64,000 nt of DNA, from NCBI GenBank assembly GCA_963803435.1, contig CAWDML010000008.1, positions 544,001 through 608,000 of the forward strand. The letters run 5' to 3'. Positions within the stretch are counted from its first letter, which is position 1. Each line of letters starts with the position of its first letter. The position numbers were made by a program, and so were the translations under genes. The notes beneath the pieces were generated by a model. It made no database searches and was not told the origin of the DNA. It worked only from the letters and a program-made list of their open reading frames with translations. The DNA comes from an uncultured delta proteobacterium (GTDB lineage: Bacteria > Myxococcota > Kuafuiibacteriia > Kuafuiibacteriales > Kuafuiibacteriaceae). This document shows positions 39,634 to 48,377 of this stretch, piece by piece.

Positions 39634-42600
39634 CTACGGAAGACACACCACCTGGTAGGTGATCTCGATGCTGGCACCGTCGGGAGGCACGCCGTTGCCG
39701 TGGAAGGCGACGCTGTTGGAGGCCGCATCGTACGTCCAGCCGTCCGTTGCGCCCTGGGGCACGGTGGCACCGCCCACGCGCACGGTGATCGTGCCGGGCT
39801 CGGCCTCTCGCGAGAGGGGCCAGGAGGTACGGCGCGTGAACGCATCGAACCCGATGTTCATCAGCATATTGGTCCACGACTGGGCGCAGATGGACTCGAA
39901 CTGTCCGTTGAGCGAGAGCGCTGCCATCTGGTAGCGCGCGCCCGCGTCGGCCGTGGGACAGCCGTTGGGGACGTCGCCGGCGATCGCCGAGACCGACACC
40001 AGGTTCTCGTCCCCCTTGATGTTGCGGAAGAACGTCGCGTAGGACTCGACCGGTCCGTCCGATTGATCCTCCTCGTCGGAAACGATGATCACCGCGAGCG
40101 AGGCGTCGAAGCGCAAAAAGCCGGCGTTCTCGTGATCCACCAGCGGCGTCGAGAGCGCGAGCTTGGCGGCGCCCAGGCCCGCCTCCTTCTCGCCCGAGCT
40201 CCCCTCGTTCGGCGGCAGGTTGCCGTTCGGCGGGTTGGACACGGCCACCGCGCACTCGAACGCAGGCACGCGGTTCGGATCGGTGGAGCGGATGATCTTG
40301 TCGAAGCCGTTGCAGGCCCAGATCTTCCCGGCGCTGTCGAGGTTGTTCACCTCGGTCGTGGTGACGGCGGTTTGATAGTCGATCCCGAGCGAGTCGGCGA
40401 ATCCGATGAAGGTGGCGAAGTTCTGGGCGAGGAGCGCCTGCTCTTCCTCCATCGAGCCCGAGTCGTCGACGACCCAGAGGATGTCCACCATGTTTCCGCT
40501 GGTCTGGTTGAAGACGTCCGTCTGCACCGCGTTGTTCCTGCCTTCGCCGTCGAGCGGCACCGCGATCACTCCCGGAGCGACCGCGTTCGAGATCAACAGC
40601 GTGCCCACGTGGTCGCTGGGGGAGGCGCGCGTGGGGAAGAACCGCAGAGAGACCGAGAGCGACTCTCCCGGCGTCAAGAGCAGGTTCCGGTAGGGCGCCG
40701 ACAGCAGCGACTGGTTCTGCCGGACCTCGGTGATCTGGAACAGCGAGTCGGAGTCGGGCGTCTCCTCGACGGCGCTGATCGCGAGATCGTCCGTCCCGGT
40801 GCTGTAGATCGAAAGCGAGCGAACCCGAGAGCCGCAGCTGCTCCGGTTGTCAGGCGGCTGCGGGTTGTCCCAAGTGACGATCCCGAAGTCGAGCTCGCGC
40901 GGGGTCACCTCGATCGCAGGCTCGAGCGGCTCGCCGGCCTCGAGCGAGATCTCCCAGTCCGGTTTGGTGAGGCCCGGGCCGGACAGCGTGATCTCCAGCC
41001 GGTTGAAGATCGGCAGCGTGTTCGGACCCACGCTGCCTTCGGAGGTGTACGTGACGTCGACCGTGGTCTCCTCGCCGGGATGGATCACGCTCGGCAGCGC
41101 CTGCGGGACGGCCTCGAAGAGCGGGTTCCCGAACGGGAAGTCGTACACCGCCTGGTAGCGGACCAGCGTGCAGTCGTCGCCGCCGCGGTTCCTGATCCGG
41201 ACCGAGCGCGTCCGCATCTGGCCGGTGGGGAGCACGCCGAACGAGAGCATGCCGTCGCCGAACGGCGTGTTGCCCGAAGGCCGGACCTCGACCTCGCAGC
41301 CGGCCGGTCCGCCGGCGATGGCGGCCAGCGAGACCGGAGCCACCTCGGTCACTCCGTCGGCGAGCGCGGAGATCTCGAAGCTGGATCGGTGCATCGTCGA
41401 GGCGATGTCCGCGGGTGCCGCGAATGCGATCGTGATCGGCAGCGTGTTCCCCGAATCGATCACCAGGGGGAGGGCCGGCTTGCCCTCGATGGCGAACCCG
41501 TCGCTCGGATCGGTGATCGCGGTGACCTGACAGCTGCGGGCGCCGCTGTTGGACACCAGCACGTTCCGCATCCCGACGGTCCCACCCGGTACCACGCCAA
41601 AGTCCACCGCGTTGGGCAGCACCTCGAGATCGCACCCGACGGTGTTGCCGGCCAGCGGGACCCAGAAGGTGCGCGGCGGCGAGGATTGCTCGATGCGGAG
41701 GCCGCCGGTATGGGCGGCCGTGTCGCCGGGGCGATACTGGAGCGTGCCGTCGACGGACTGGCCGGGGTCGAGGAGAGCGCCCTGAAACGGCGTCTCGATC
41801 GTGAACGTGGCGTCGGTGAAGTAGGGGCTCGACGGATCGATCTCGAGCTCCGCCTTTACCAGTCCAACAGCGTCGGTGCCGCACGATTGGAGCCTGACAT
41901 CGATCGAGCGGGCCGTCCCCGCAGCCACGGTACCGAAGTCGATCGTGCTCGCCGGAGTGCAGCGTCCGCCGTCGACGATGCAGGTGCAGAGCGCCGCGCC
42001 CGCGCCGCGCCCGCGGAGCGGTACCTCGACGTTGCCTGCGCCCTCGCCGGCGTTGGCGACGATGACGAGCGTCCCGGTGTCGTCGCCGCCGTCCTCGGGT
42101 GCATACGCGACGTGGACCGTCAGCGACTGGCCGCCTGCGAGCACCGGACAGATGGGCGTCCGAGTGCAGCGGGCGCCGGTGGGGACGTCGCTCGCCTCGG
42201 CCGCACAGAGCTCCGCCGACGTGGAGACGATGCGGAGTGCGTCCAGCGCGACCGTGCCGCGCCCGGCGTTTTCGATCACCACCTCCTCGGTCTTCGAGTC
42301 GCCGATCGCGACGCTGCCAAAGTCGACCTCAGGCGGCGACACTTTCAGCAGACCCGGTCCGGCGACCAGCCCGATCCGGATCTCCGGCCGCTCCGGATCG
42401 TCGGAGCGGATCACCAGATCGAGCTCCTCGACCCGGTCGTCGATCGGGGTATAGGTGACGCGGAGCTGCGCTCCGGGAGCCTCCGGCCCCTCCGACGGGA
42501 TCACCGCGGGAAGCGCGACGGGGGCTCCGTCGCGCTCGAGGGCGACCGCGATGTCGTCGCTGGGGGCGGAGAGCTCGGCCGACGCGATCGTCACCGAGAC

Positions 42601-42843
42601 GGCGCCCAGCGAGCGAAGCTGGAATGTCTGCGCGACGGCGGGCCGCAGGCCGACCGTGAACGCGCCCTCCGCATCGTCCGGGAGACGCGCGGTCGCGACG
42701 GCGCCGCCGCAGGGCGACTCGAGCACGGCGGTGAGCTCGAGCTCGACGGTGGCGCGGTAGATGCTCTGGCCTTCGTCGCAGCTGCAACGGGCGAGCGCGA
42801 GCATCGGGAGGAGAGCGAGGAGAAGACGGCGGTCATGGATCAT
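39634..42843 (-). CDS. Large lipoprotein with tandem ASH/choice-of-anchor-D Ig domains and a C-terminal VWA domain (CglB-like C-terminus)
   Basis: Lipobox LAR-C; repeats V.P..vDFG.V...v.N.G; VDILWVVDDSGSM (MIDAS), GFLRFDASLAVIIVSDEEDQS. Confidence 0.85.
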   Translation of the reverse strand: MIHDRRLLLALLPMLALARCSCDEGQSIYRATVELELTAVLESPCGGAVATARLPDDAEGAFTVGLRPAVAQTFQLRSLGAVSVTIASAELSAPSDDIAVALERDGAPVALPAVIPSEGPEAPGAQLRVTYTPIDDRVEELDLVIRSDDPERPEIRIGLVAGPGLLKVSPPEVDFGSVAIGDSKTEEVVIENAGRGTVALDALRIVSTSAELCAAEASDVPTGARCTRTPICPVLAGGQSLTVHVAYAPEDGGDDTGTLVIVANAGEGAGNVEVPLRGRGAGAALCTCIVDGGRCTPASTIDFGTVAAGTARSIDVRLQSCGTDAVGLVKAELEIDPSSPYFTDATFTIETPFQGALLDPGQSVDGTLQYRPGDTAAHTGGLRIEQSSPPRTFWVPLAGNTVGCDLEVLPNAVDFGVVPGGTVGMRNVLVSNSGARSCQVTAITDPSDGFAIEGKPALPLVIDSGNTLPITIAFAAPADIASTMHRSSFEISALADGVTEVAPVSLAAIAGGPAGCEVEVRPSGNTPFGDGMLSFGVLPTGQMRTRSVRIRNRGGDDCTLVRYQAVYDFPFGNPLFEAVPQALPSVIHPGEETTVDVTYTSEGSVGPNTLPIFNRLEITLSGPGLTKPDWEISLEAGEPLEPAIEVTPRELDFGIVTWDNPQPPDNRSSCGSRVRSLSIYSTGTDDLAISAVEETPDSDSLFQITEVRQNQSLLSAPYRNLLLTPGESLSVSLRFFPTRASPSDHVGTLLISNAVAPGVIAVPLDGEGRNNAVQTDVFNQTSGNMVDILWVVDDSGSMEEEQALLAQNFATFIGFADSLGIDYQTAVTTTEVNNLDSAGKIWACNGFDKIIRSTDPNRVPAFECAVAVSNPPNGNLPPNEGSSGEKEAGLGAAKLALSTPLVDHENAGFLRFDASLAVIIVSDEEDQSDGPVESYATFFRNIKGDENLVSVSAIAGDVPNGCPTADAGARYQMAALSLNGQFESICAQSWTNMLMNIGFDAFTRRTSWPLSREAEPGTITVRVGGATVPQGATDGWTYDAASNSVAFHGNGVPPDGASIEITYQVVCLP

Positions 42844-43264
42844 GGCGGGGACGTGGAGCGCACGATGTGGGCCGAGCGGCGCCCGCTGGGCTTCGGAGGG
42901 CGACATGCGCAGTCGGCTTGGCAACTGCTCGGGTCTGGAGTCCTGTCGACGACCGTCCTCTGTCCAAAAAAGAATCACCTCCCAACATTGACTGATGGCG
43001 CCGACTCGGTTCCTCCGTCGGCCTGCAGGGCCGCGGATGCGTGGTGTCCTCACTTCCAGGAATGGTGAAGCGTTCCTCAGGAGGGGTCATGGTTTGCAAT
43101 CCGGCTTGCGCCCGCGCCGAACCTGCTTCGTTTCAATGGACGATGGGTTTGGATTCCCAGGAACGAGGTCCCTATCGCCCGTGCTCCGGTTTTGAGAACG
43201 AACGCGTTGGTGGCCGAGAGGGGTACGCGGTCCCGGTTGCGTGCGGCCGCCGACGGATCGCTCA

Positions 43265-44443
43265 ATGAGTCGCATGATTCCAACCGACGAGATCGGCGAG
43301 TTGAAGCTCCTGAGATCGAATCACAGACTCTGGCGGTCCGAGTTTCTCGACGCCTGTCGCAAAGGCTGGCTGTCGCGCGACGATTTCGCCTTCTTCTTCG
43401 CGCAGTACTACCTCTACTCGAAGAGCTTCACGCGCTTCCTCTCGGCGGTCGCGGCCAGCTGCGAGAACGACTTCTATCGGGCTCGGCTGACCCAGAACCT
43501 CTGGGAGGAGGGCGGTGGAATCGCGCCCGAGAAGCGGCACTCGGAGATCTTCCGGCGCTTCCTGGTGGACGCGCTCGGGGTCGACCTGAAGCGGATCCGG
43601 TTCCTGCCGGCGACGCGCTACTTCGTGGATCAGATGCTTTCGTTCTGCCTCCACTCCACTCCGCTCGCGGGCTCGGCGTTCCTGTCTCTGGGGACCGAGG
43701 GCATCGTCCCCGACATCTACCGGATCTTCATCGAAGGCCTCGAGCAGGTCGGGATCCCGGAGGAGCAGCTCGAGTTCTTCCAGCTCCACATCGGCTGCGA
43801 CGACGAGCATGCCGAGACGCTGGAGGCGATGATGTGTTCGTATCGCGAGGTCCCCGGCTGGCGGGATCGATGCCTGGAGGCGATGAACCGGTGCCTCGAC
43901 CTGCGCGCCGACTTCTTCGATGCGATGACCGAGTCGCTCGCGCTGCGGCGAGTGGCCGGGCTCGCGTCCGACGTGGGACGCCGTGAGCGCCCCCTCCCGA
44001 GCGCCGCGGACGACGCGCGCTTCCTCCACCGCGGCGGCGGTGAGGGCGACCTGCTCTATCGGAATAGCAACGAGGCGGCCGGGATCCAGTTTCGCGTCGA
44101 GCGGCTCGGCTTCTCACCCGATGTGCTCGACCCGCGGCTGGTACGGGTGGCGGCCGGTCGCTCGAATGAGCTGCACAGTCACGCGCACGAGACGGTCATC
44201 CACGTGCTCGAGGGCGAGGCCGAGGTTCGGATCGGCGAGACCTCGTTCGCGGTGAATCCGGGCGATACCGTCTTCGTCCCGAGATGGGCGATCCATCAGG
44301 CCACCGCGCGCGAGGGGAGCGACCTCGTCTACTTCGCAGTCACCGACTACGGTTTCGCCAGCCGAGCCCACCGCGGCGACTATCTGGACGGACACCGGCA
44401 GCAGCCGGAGAACGATCGGAGCGCGCGGACCTGGAAGCGATAG
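43265..44443 (+). CDS. Heme-oxygenase-like diiron oxidase (HDO; TenA/PqqC/CADD fold) fused to a C-terminal cupin
   Basis: NLWEE...RH, GTE and FFQLHIGCDDEH (H-x3-D-x2-H) ligand set; cupin HSHAHE...WAIHQ. Confidence 0.85.
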   Translation: MSRMIPTDEIGELKLLRSNHRLWRSEFLDACRKGWLSRDDFAFFFAQYYLYSKSFTRFLSAVAASCENDFYRARLTQNLWEEGGGIAPEKRHSEIFRRFLVDALGVDLKRIRFLPATRYFVDQMLSFCLHSTPLAGSAFLSLGTEGIVPDIYRIFIEGLEQVGIPEEQLEFFQLHIGCDDEHAETLEAMMCSYREVPGWRDRCLEAMNRCLDLRADFFDAMTESLALRRVAGLASDVGRRERPLPSAADDARFLHRGGGEGDLLYRNSNEAAGIQFRVERLGFSPDVLDPRLVRVAAGRSNELHSHAHETVIHVLEGEAEVRIGETSFAVNPGDTVFVPRWAIHQATAREGSDLVYFAVTDYGFASRAHRGDYLDGHRQQPENDRSARTWKR

Positions 44444-44449
44444 CGCCGC

Positions 44450-45400
44450 TCAGGCCTGGCCGGTCGTCGGTGCGGCCTGTTGCTGCTTGAGCGCGTTGAG
44501 GCCTCCGAAGGGACAGAGCAGCTTCATGGTCGCGAGCCCGACGCGGCCGATCGGGAAGCCCTGGCTCGAGCGGAGCGCGTGGACCCGCGCGTCGCTCGCG
44601 CCCTCGAGGAGGCTGTGCGCCGCCGCCTTGGCGACGCTCACGGGATCCGTCCCGGTGGGGACGCCGCCGGCCCAGCGGGTCAGCCGCTCGACCTCGGGCC
44701 CGAGGACGCCGCTCGAGTGCTTGCTCCCCGCCTGCAGCTTGCCCTCATGAAGCGCGTCGAGCACCGTGACCGCCGCCCGCTGCGCCCGGAGCTTGGGGAA
44801 CAGCGAGTGATCGTAGAGGCCGCGGATGTCGGCCGCGGTGACCTGGCCGCCGGTCGCCGAGAGCAAGAGCCCCCACTCGACGGGTGCGATCACCAGCCGG
44901 GTGGCCAGGCGCTCGAGCAGACCGAACGACTTGATGTTGCCGGTGTGGAAGGGCTGGAGCTGCTCGTTGAGGAAGCGGTTGAGCTCCTTGGCGCCGATGC
45001 TGCCGCCGTTTTCCTCGACGAAAGCGATCAGCTTGTCGAGCAGCTCCTTGTTGACCGAGCCATCCTCGTTGATGACGTTCGAACGCGCGTGTGTGAGCCC
45101 GACGCGCGAGAGGATCACGCACTGGTTGCCCAGCCCGTTTCCTGAGGACTGATGCGACGCGGGCGCGATGAAGAGGCGGGTCTCGAGGGGCTGCCCGGTG
45201 CCTCCCATCCGCGCCAGGCGGCTCGAGATCCACTCGGGGGTGAGCTGATCCATGGTGGCCAGCTCTTGCGGGCTCATGTCGAGCACCGACTGGATGTGCT
45301 TCTTGACCCACTCGTTGGGGTTGGTGTGCGGCTCGTTCGGGCCGCGGTCGCCCGGAAGTGAGAGATTGCTGAGGAGCTTCTCGGTGCGCCGGATGTTCAT
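44450..45400 (-). CDS. Hypothetical protein with a caleosin/peroxygenase-like central region
   Basis: HARSNVINEDGSVNKELLDKL...IGAKELNRFL...EWGLLL...GQVTAADIRGLYDHSLFPKL resembles the caleosin C-terminal half. Confidence 0.55.
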   Translation of the reverse strand: MNIRRTEKLLSNLSLPGDRGPNEPHTNPNEWVKKHIQSVLDMSPQELATMDQLTPEWISSRLARMGGTGQPLETRLFIAPASHQSSGNGLGNQCVILSRVGLTHARSNVINEDGSVNKELLDKLIAFVEENGGSIGAKELNRFLNEQLQPFHTGNIKSFGLLERLATRLVIAPVEWGLLLSATGGQVTAADIRGLYDHSLFPKLRAQRAAVTVLDALHEGKLQAGSKHSSGVLGPEVERLTRWAGGVPTGTDPVSVAKAAAHSLLEGASDARVHALRSSQGFPIGRVGLATMKLLCPFGGLNALKQQQAAPTTGQA

Positions 45401-45403
45401 GGC

Positions 45404-45865
45404 TCAGGCCTTCAGGGACGCGGATCCGAGGCTCTCGACGTAGGTGTCCCGGACCGAGTCTGTGAACCGGCTCGACTCCGTGCACATCACGAGCGTGGTG
45501 AGCGTGTGGCCGTCGACTCTCATCGCCTGCATCTGCACGACCGTGAACTGCATGACTGGGAAGGCGTACTCGATCAGGACGCCGCGGACGCCGTCGGAGA
45601 ACTGGAGCTCGCTCACCTTCAGGCCCTGAATGCCCGCGATCCGCGCCAGGAGATCGTCGCTCGTGCGCGCCGCGATCGCCTCGAGATCGGGATCCTCGAC
45701 CTCGGCACGGGTGACGGTCAGGTTCGGACGCACGGCGGCCTGCGGCTGCATCACCTTCGGGTCGTTCAACCCGGGCGGGACCGCCACCCGAAACGAGGCG
45801 ACGACTTCCTCTTGGATGAAACCGGCCGGCGGATCGAACTGAAGCCCTTCGAGGCGGGTGCTCAT
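45404..45865 (-). CDS. DcrB/DUF1795-like protein
   Basis: LQFDPPAGF...RPNLTVTR...VVQMQAMRV...LTTLVM...SLGS; 3 bp upstream of the caleosin-like gene. Confidence 0.65.
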   Translation of the reverse strand: MSTRLEGLQFDPPAGFIQEEVVASFRVAVPPGLNDPKVMQPQAAVRPNLTVTRAEVEDPDLEAIAARTSDDLLARIAGIQGLKVSELQFSDGVRGVLIEYAFPVMQFTVVQMQAMRVDGHTLTTLVMCTESSRFTDSVRDTYVESLGSASLKA

Positions 45866-45869
45866 GGCG

Positions 45870-45910
45870 CTGGCATAACGTCGTTATGTAACATAGTCAA
45901 GTTATGCCAG
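45870..45910. promoter_or_regulatory. Putative TetR operator in a divergent promoter
   Basis: Perfect 10-bp inverted repeat CTGGCATAAC (45870-45879) / GTTATGCCAG (45901-45910), with an inner palindrome CATAACG-T-CGTTATG; AT-rich. Confidence 0.65.
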
Positions 45911-45930
45911 AGTAGAAGAACGAGTAGCAC

Positions 45931-46515
45931 GTGACCAGTCGACGCCACGATCACTCCGAGGCCACGCGCGTCGCGATCATCGACGCCGCCCGAGCGCTGT
46001 TCGCCTCCGACGGCTATCACGCGACCACGGTCGGTGCGATCGCCGGCGAGGCCCGCTGCACGAGCGGCGCCCTCTATCACCACTTCGGCGGCAAGAAGGA
46101 GCTCTTTCGGGCGGTCGTCGAGCTGGTGATGACCGATCTGATGTCGGCGGCGGGCGCCTCGCTCGGCGAGGCCCGCGATCCGTGGCAAGCGCTGAAGGCG
46201 GCCATCGACGCGGTCCTCGATCGCGCCCGGACCGTCGACGTACGGATCGCCTTCATCGAGGCGCCGACGGTGCTCGGGCTCGAGGGGTGGCGCGAGATCG
46301 AGAAGGCACACTCGACGTCCTTGCTGCAGGATGTCCTGCGCGCGCTGATCGCGAGCGGGACGATCGTAAAGCGACCGGTGCCGATGCTCGCCGCTGTCCT
46401 GCGGGGCGCGATCAACGAGGCCGCGATGGTGGTCGCGGAGTCGCCGCACTCGGACGCGGTCCGCCGCGAGACCGGCGCGCTCCTCGACGCGCTGCTCGAG
46501 GGCCTGCGCGCTTGA
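45931..46515 (+). CDS. TetR/AcrR-family regulator
   Basis: IIDAARALFASDGYHATTVGAIAGEARCTSGALYHHFGGKKELF. Confidence 0.93.
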   Translation: MTSRRHDHSEATRVAIIDAARALFASDGYHATTVGAIAGEARCTSGALYHHFGGKKELFRAVVELVMTDLMSAAGASLGEARDPWQALKAAIDAVLDRARTVDVRIAFIEAPTVLGLEGWREIEKAHSTSLLQDVLRALIASGTIVKRPVPMLAAVLRGAINEAAMVVAESPHSDAVRRETGALLDALLEGLRA

Positions 46516-46608
46516 ACCCTAGGAGCGTGTAGCGCGTAAGCGCTCACGCGACCCCGGTCCGGGTCCCGGTCCCGGTCCGGGTCCCGATCTGAAGATGGCT
46601 GCCTTGAG

Positions 46609-46939
46609 TCAGACGCTCACGACGGTCGCGAGCTTCGATCGGTAGAGCTTGAGCAGGTTGTGGGTGAGGCAGACGAGCGTCCACTCGGCTCGTACCTTGA
46701 AGAAGGAGCGGAGCGAGAACCGGCGGAATCCTCGTGCCCCTTTTGATCTGTCCGAGCGCCGGTTCGACGATACTCTTCCTGCGGGCGTAGACCGCCTTGC
46801 CGTCGCGCGTTTGCAACTTGTCTCGCATTCGCTTGCGAGCGAGCGAGGCCGCGAGATGATCTTCTGGGAGCCACTCGAGAGGGGACGGCGGGAGCAAGAA
46901 CGATTGTCTCGGAGTCCAAGAACGGTATTGCTTCGCCAC
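46609..46939 (-). pseudogene. IS1182-family transposase remnant (internal deletion plus frameshift)
   Basis: N-terminus MAKQYRSWTPRQSFLLPPSPLEWLPEDHLA fused directly to the C-terminus RMRDKLQTRDGKAVYARRKSIVEPALGQIK / RGFRRFSLR...EWTLVCLTHNLLKL; the DDE core is missing. Confidence 0.85.
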
Positions 46940-47060
46940 GAAACCATGGGATCAAGTCCAGGCGTCGAAGTCGATCCGCCCAACGATCGATTCCAGACGA
47001 AACGACCTCCAAGAACTTCTGCTGGTCAAAGTGGACGAGAAATACCGCAAGCTAGCTTGC

Positions 47061-47429
47061 ATGGTCACTTTCGATCACGAGAAGCTCGAGGTCTACCAGC
47101 CCGCCGTCGAGTATGCCGACATCGCTGAAGAGATCGCACAAGAACTGCAACCCGGTCACGCTCACGTCCGCGATCAGCTTCGGCGGGCATCCGATTCCAT
47201 CGTGAACAACACCGCCGAGGGCGCCGGAGAGTTCAATCCACCTGAGAAGGCTCGCTTCTACCGGATGGCACTTCGCTCTGGCACCGAAAGCGCCGCCTCA
47301 CTCCACACCTGCTTGAGGCGCCGACTCGCCAACGAGCAGAAGGTCCAAGCCGCCAGAGCCAAGCTCAAGCGCGTTGTCGAGAGGCTCACGCGCCTCATCA
47401 AGTCGATGAACGCACGCCGGGCTGCATGA
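47061..47429 (+). CDS. Four-helix-bundle protein (23S rRNA IVP-like / TIGR02436 family)
   Basis: FDHEKLEVYQ...DQLRRASDSIVNNTAEG...KARFYRMALRSGTE. Confidence 0.9.
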   Translation: MVTFDHEKLEVYQPAVEYADIAEEIAQELQPGHAHVRDQLRRASDSIVNNTAEGAGEFNPPEKARFYRMALRSGTESAASLHTCLRRRLANEQKVQAARAKLKRVVERLTRLIKSMNARRAA

Positions 47430-47589
47430 TCGCCATCGGGACCCGGACCGGGACCGGGACCCGGACCGGGCTCGCGGTCGCGCTACGCGCTACACGCTCC
47501 TAGTGCGTCTTCTCGTTCACACATTATCTCAGGCCGGTAAGCGCGCTCCCCGCGTGGATGAGCGATGGTAGGCGCAAGGAGACCTCGCC

Positions 47590-47808
47590 ATGCTAGGAGC
47601 ACTTCTCAGGGGCGCGAAAATGTTGGTCGGCGGCAAGTACCAGTGGAAGACGATTCTCACCGGGCTGGCTGCTTTCAATCTGCTGAAGCCGAAGGGGCGG
47701 ATGAACCCCGCCTACCAGCAGATGTCGATGTACCAGGGCATGAACCCCGGCATGGGCATGAACTCCGGCGCGGGGATGACCCCCGGCGGGACCCCGGGCG
47801 TCTACTGA
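47590..47808 (+). CDS. Small basic amphipathic peptide with a Gly/Met/Pro-rich tail (72 aa)
   Basis: AAGGAG RBS; MLGALLRGAKMLVGGKYQWKTILTGLAAFNLLKPK...GMNPGMGMNSGAGMTPGGTPGVY. Confidence 0.7.
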   Translation: MLGALLRGAKMLVGGKYQWKTILTGLAAFNLLKPKGRMNPAYQQMSMYQGMNPGMGMNSGAGMTPGGTPGVY

Positions 47809-47815
47809 GCGAACG

Positions 47816-48271
47816 ATGATGCCCGAGCACATCGAGCCCCATCCCATCCGGGAGTTGATCGAGCATCTCCTCTCGGATGGGGACCCGGGCGAGGAGCGGA
47901 TCGTCCTGCGGAACGAGGCGCGCGCGCTCCTCGAGCAGGCCATCGATGCGTACGCGAAGGCATGCACGCCCGAGTTGATGTTGGTGGCGCAGACCGTCTT
48001 CAGCATCGCGGACTGGCTCGAGGCTCAACGCTGCACCGGCACCGCCGAGGCCCTCTGTGCGGTCCTCGATCGGGCGCACGTGCTCTCCGCCATGCAGGTG
48101 CTCAACGAGCGGGTGCGGACCGAGCGCGGCACGCTCGAGATCGGGACGCCCGGTGATGCGTTCGCCTCGTTCGAGTCGCGCGACACCGGCCGCCGCGCAC
48201 CGGCGTTCCATGCGACCACCCCGGTCAACGCCGTGAAAGCGGGCAGCCTCGACTTCCCCAAGCGCCTCTGA
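47816..48271 (+). CDS. Hypothetical helical protein, paralogue C of the dispersed family
   Basis: PHPIRELIEH...IADWLEAQRCTGTAEALCAVL...AFASFESRDTGRRAPAFHATTPVNAVKAGSLDFPKRL; 7 bp after the peptide gene. Confidence 0.78.
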   Translation: MMPEHIEPHPIRELIEHLLSDGDPGEERIVLRNEARALLEQAIDAYAKACTPELMLVAQTVFSIADWLEAQRCTGTAEALCAVLDRAHVLSAMQVLNERVRTERGTLEIGTPGDAFASFESRDTGRRAPAFHATTPVNAVKAGSLDFPKRL

Positions 48272-48377
48272 TCGCGGCGATCCGTCGCGCTGTACCGACC
48301 ATCAGAACTGTACGACGGTGCTCATCGGGATGTCGGACGATGTCTGGTCCGGACCCCGAATGCTGCCATCCGGCGCG

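Larger units (their letters stand above)
46519..47503. mobile_element. Non-autonomous IS1182-derived element (about 985 bp) with about 70-bp terminal inverted repeats, carrying a four-helix-bundle gene
   Basis: Ends CTAGGAGCGTGTAGCGCGTA (46519-46538) and its exact reverse complement (47484-47503); inner perfect 36-bp inverted repeat 46553-46588 / 47435-47470 built from GGACCC/GGACCG units. Confidence 0.8.

Noticed and set aside
39700-43068. Long + strand ORF (1122 aa) and similar long antisense ORFs (16738-19119, 22631-24616, 24901-26604, 53098-54498, 57823-59910)
   Set aside because: Shadow ORFs opposite well-supported genes, expected at this GC content; Arg/Gly-rich and without motifs.
46553-47470. 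CRISPR array, diversity-generating retroelement or 23S rRNA intervening sequence
   Set aside because: The repeats are short hexamer tandems in inverted arms with no spacers or cas genes; there is no reverse transcriptase or TR/VR pair for the Avd-like fold and no rRNA sequence around it.
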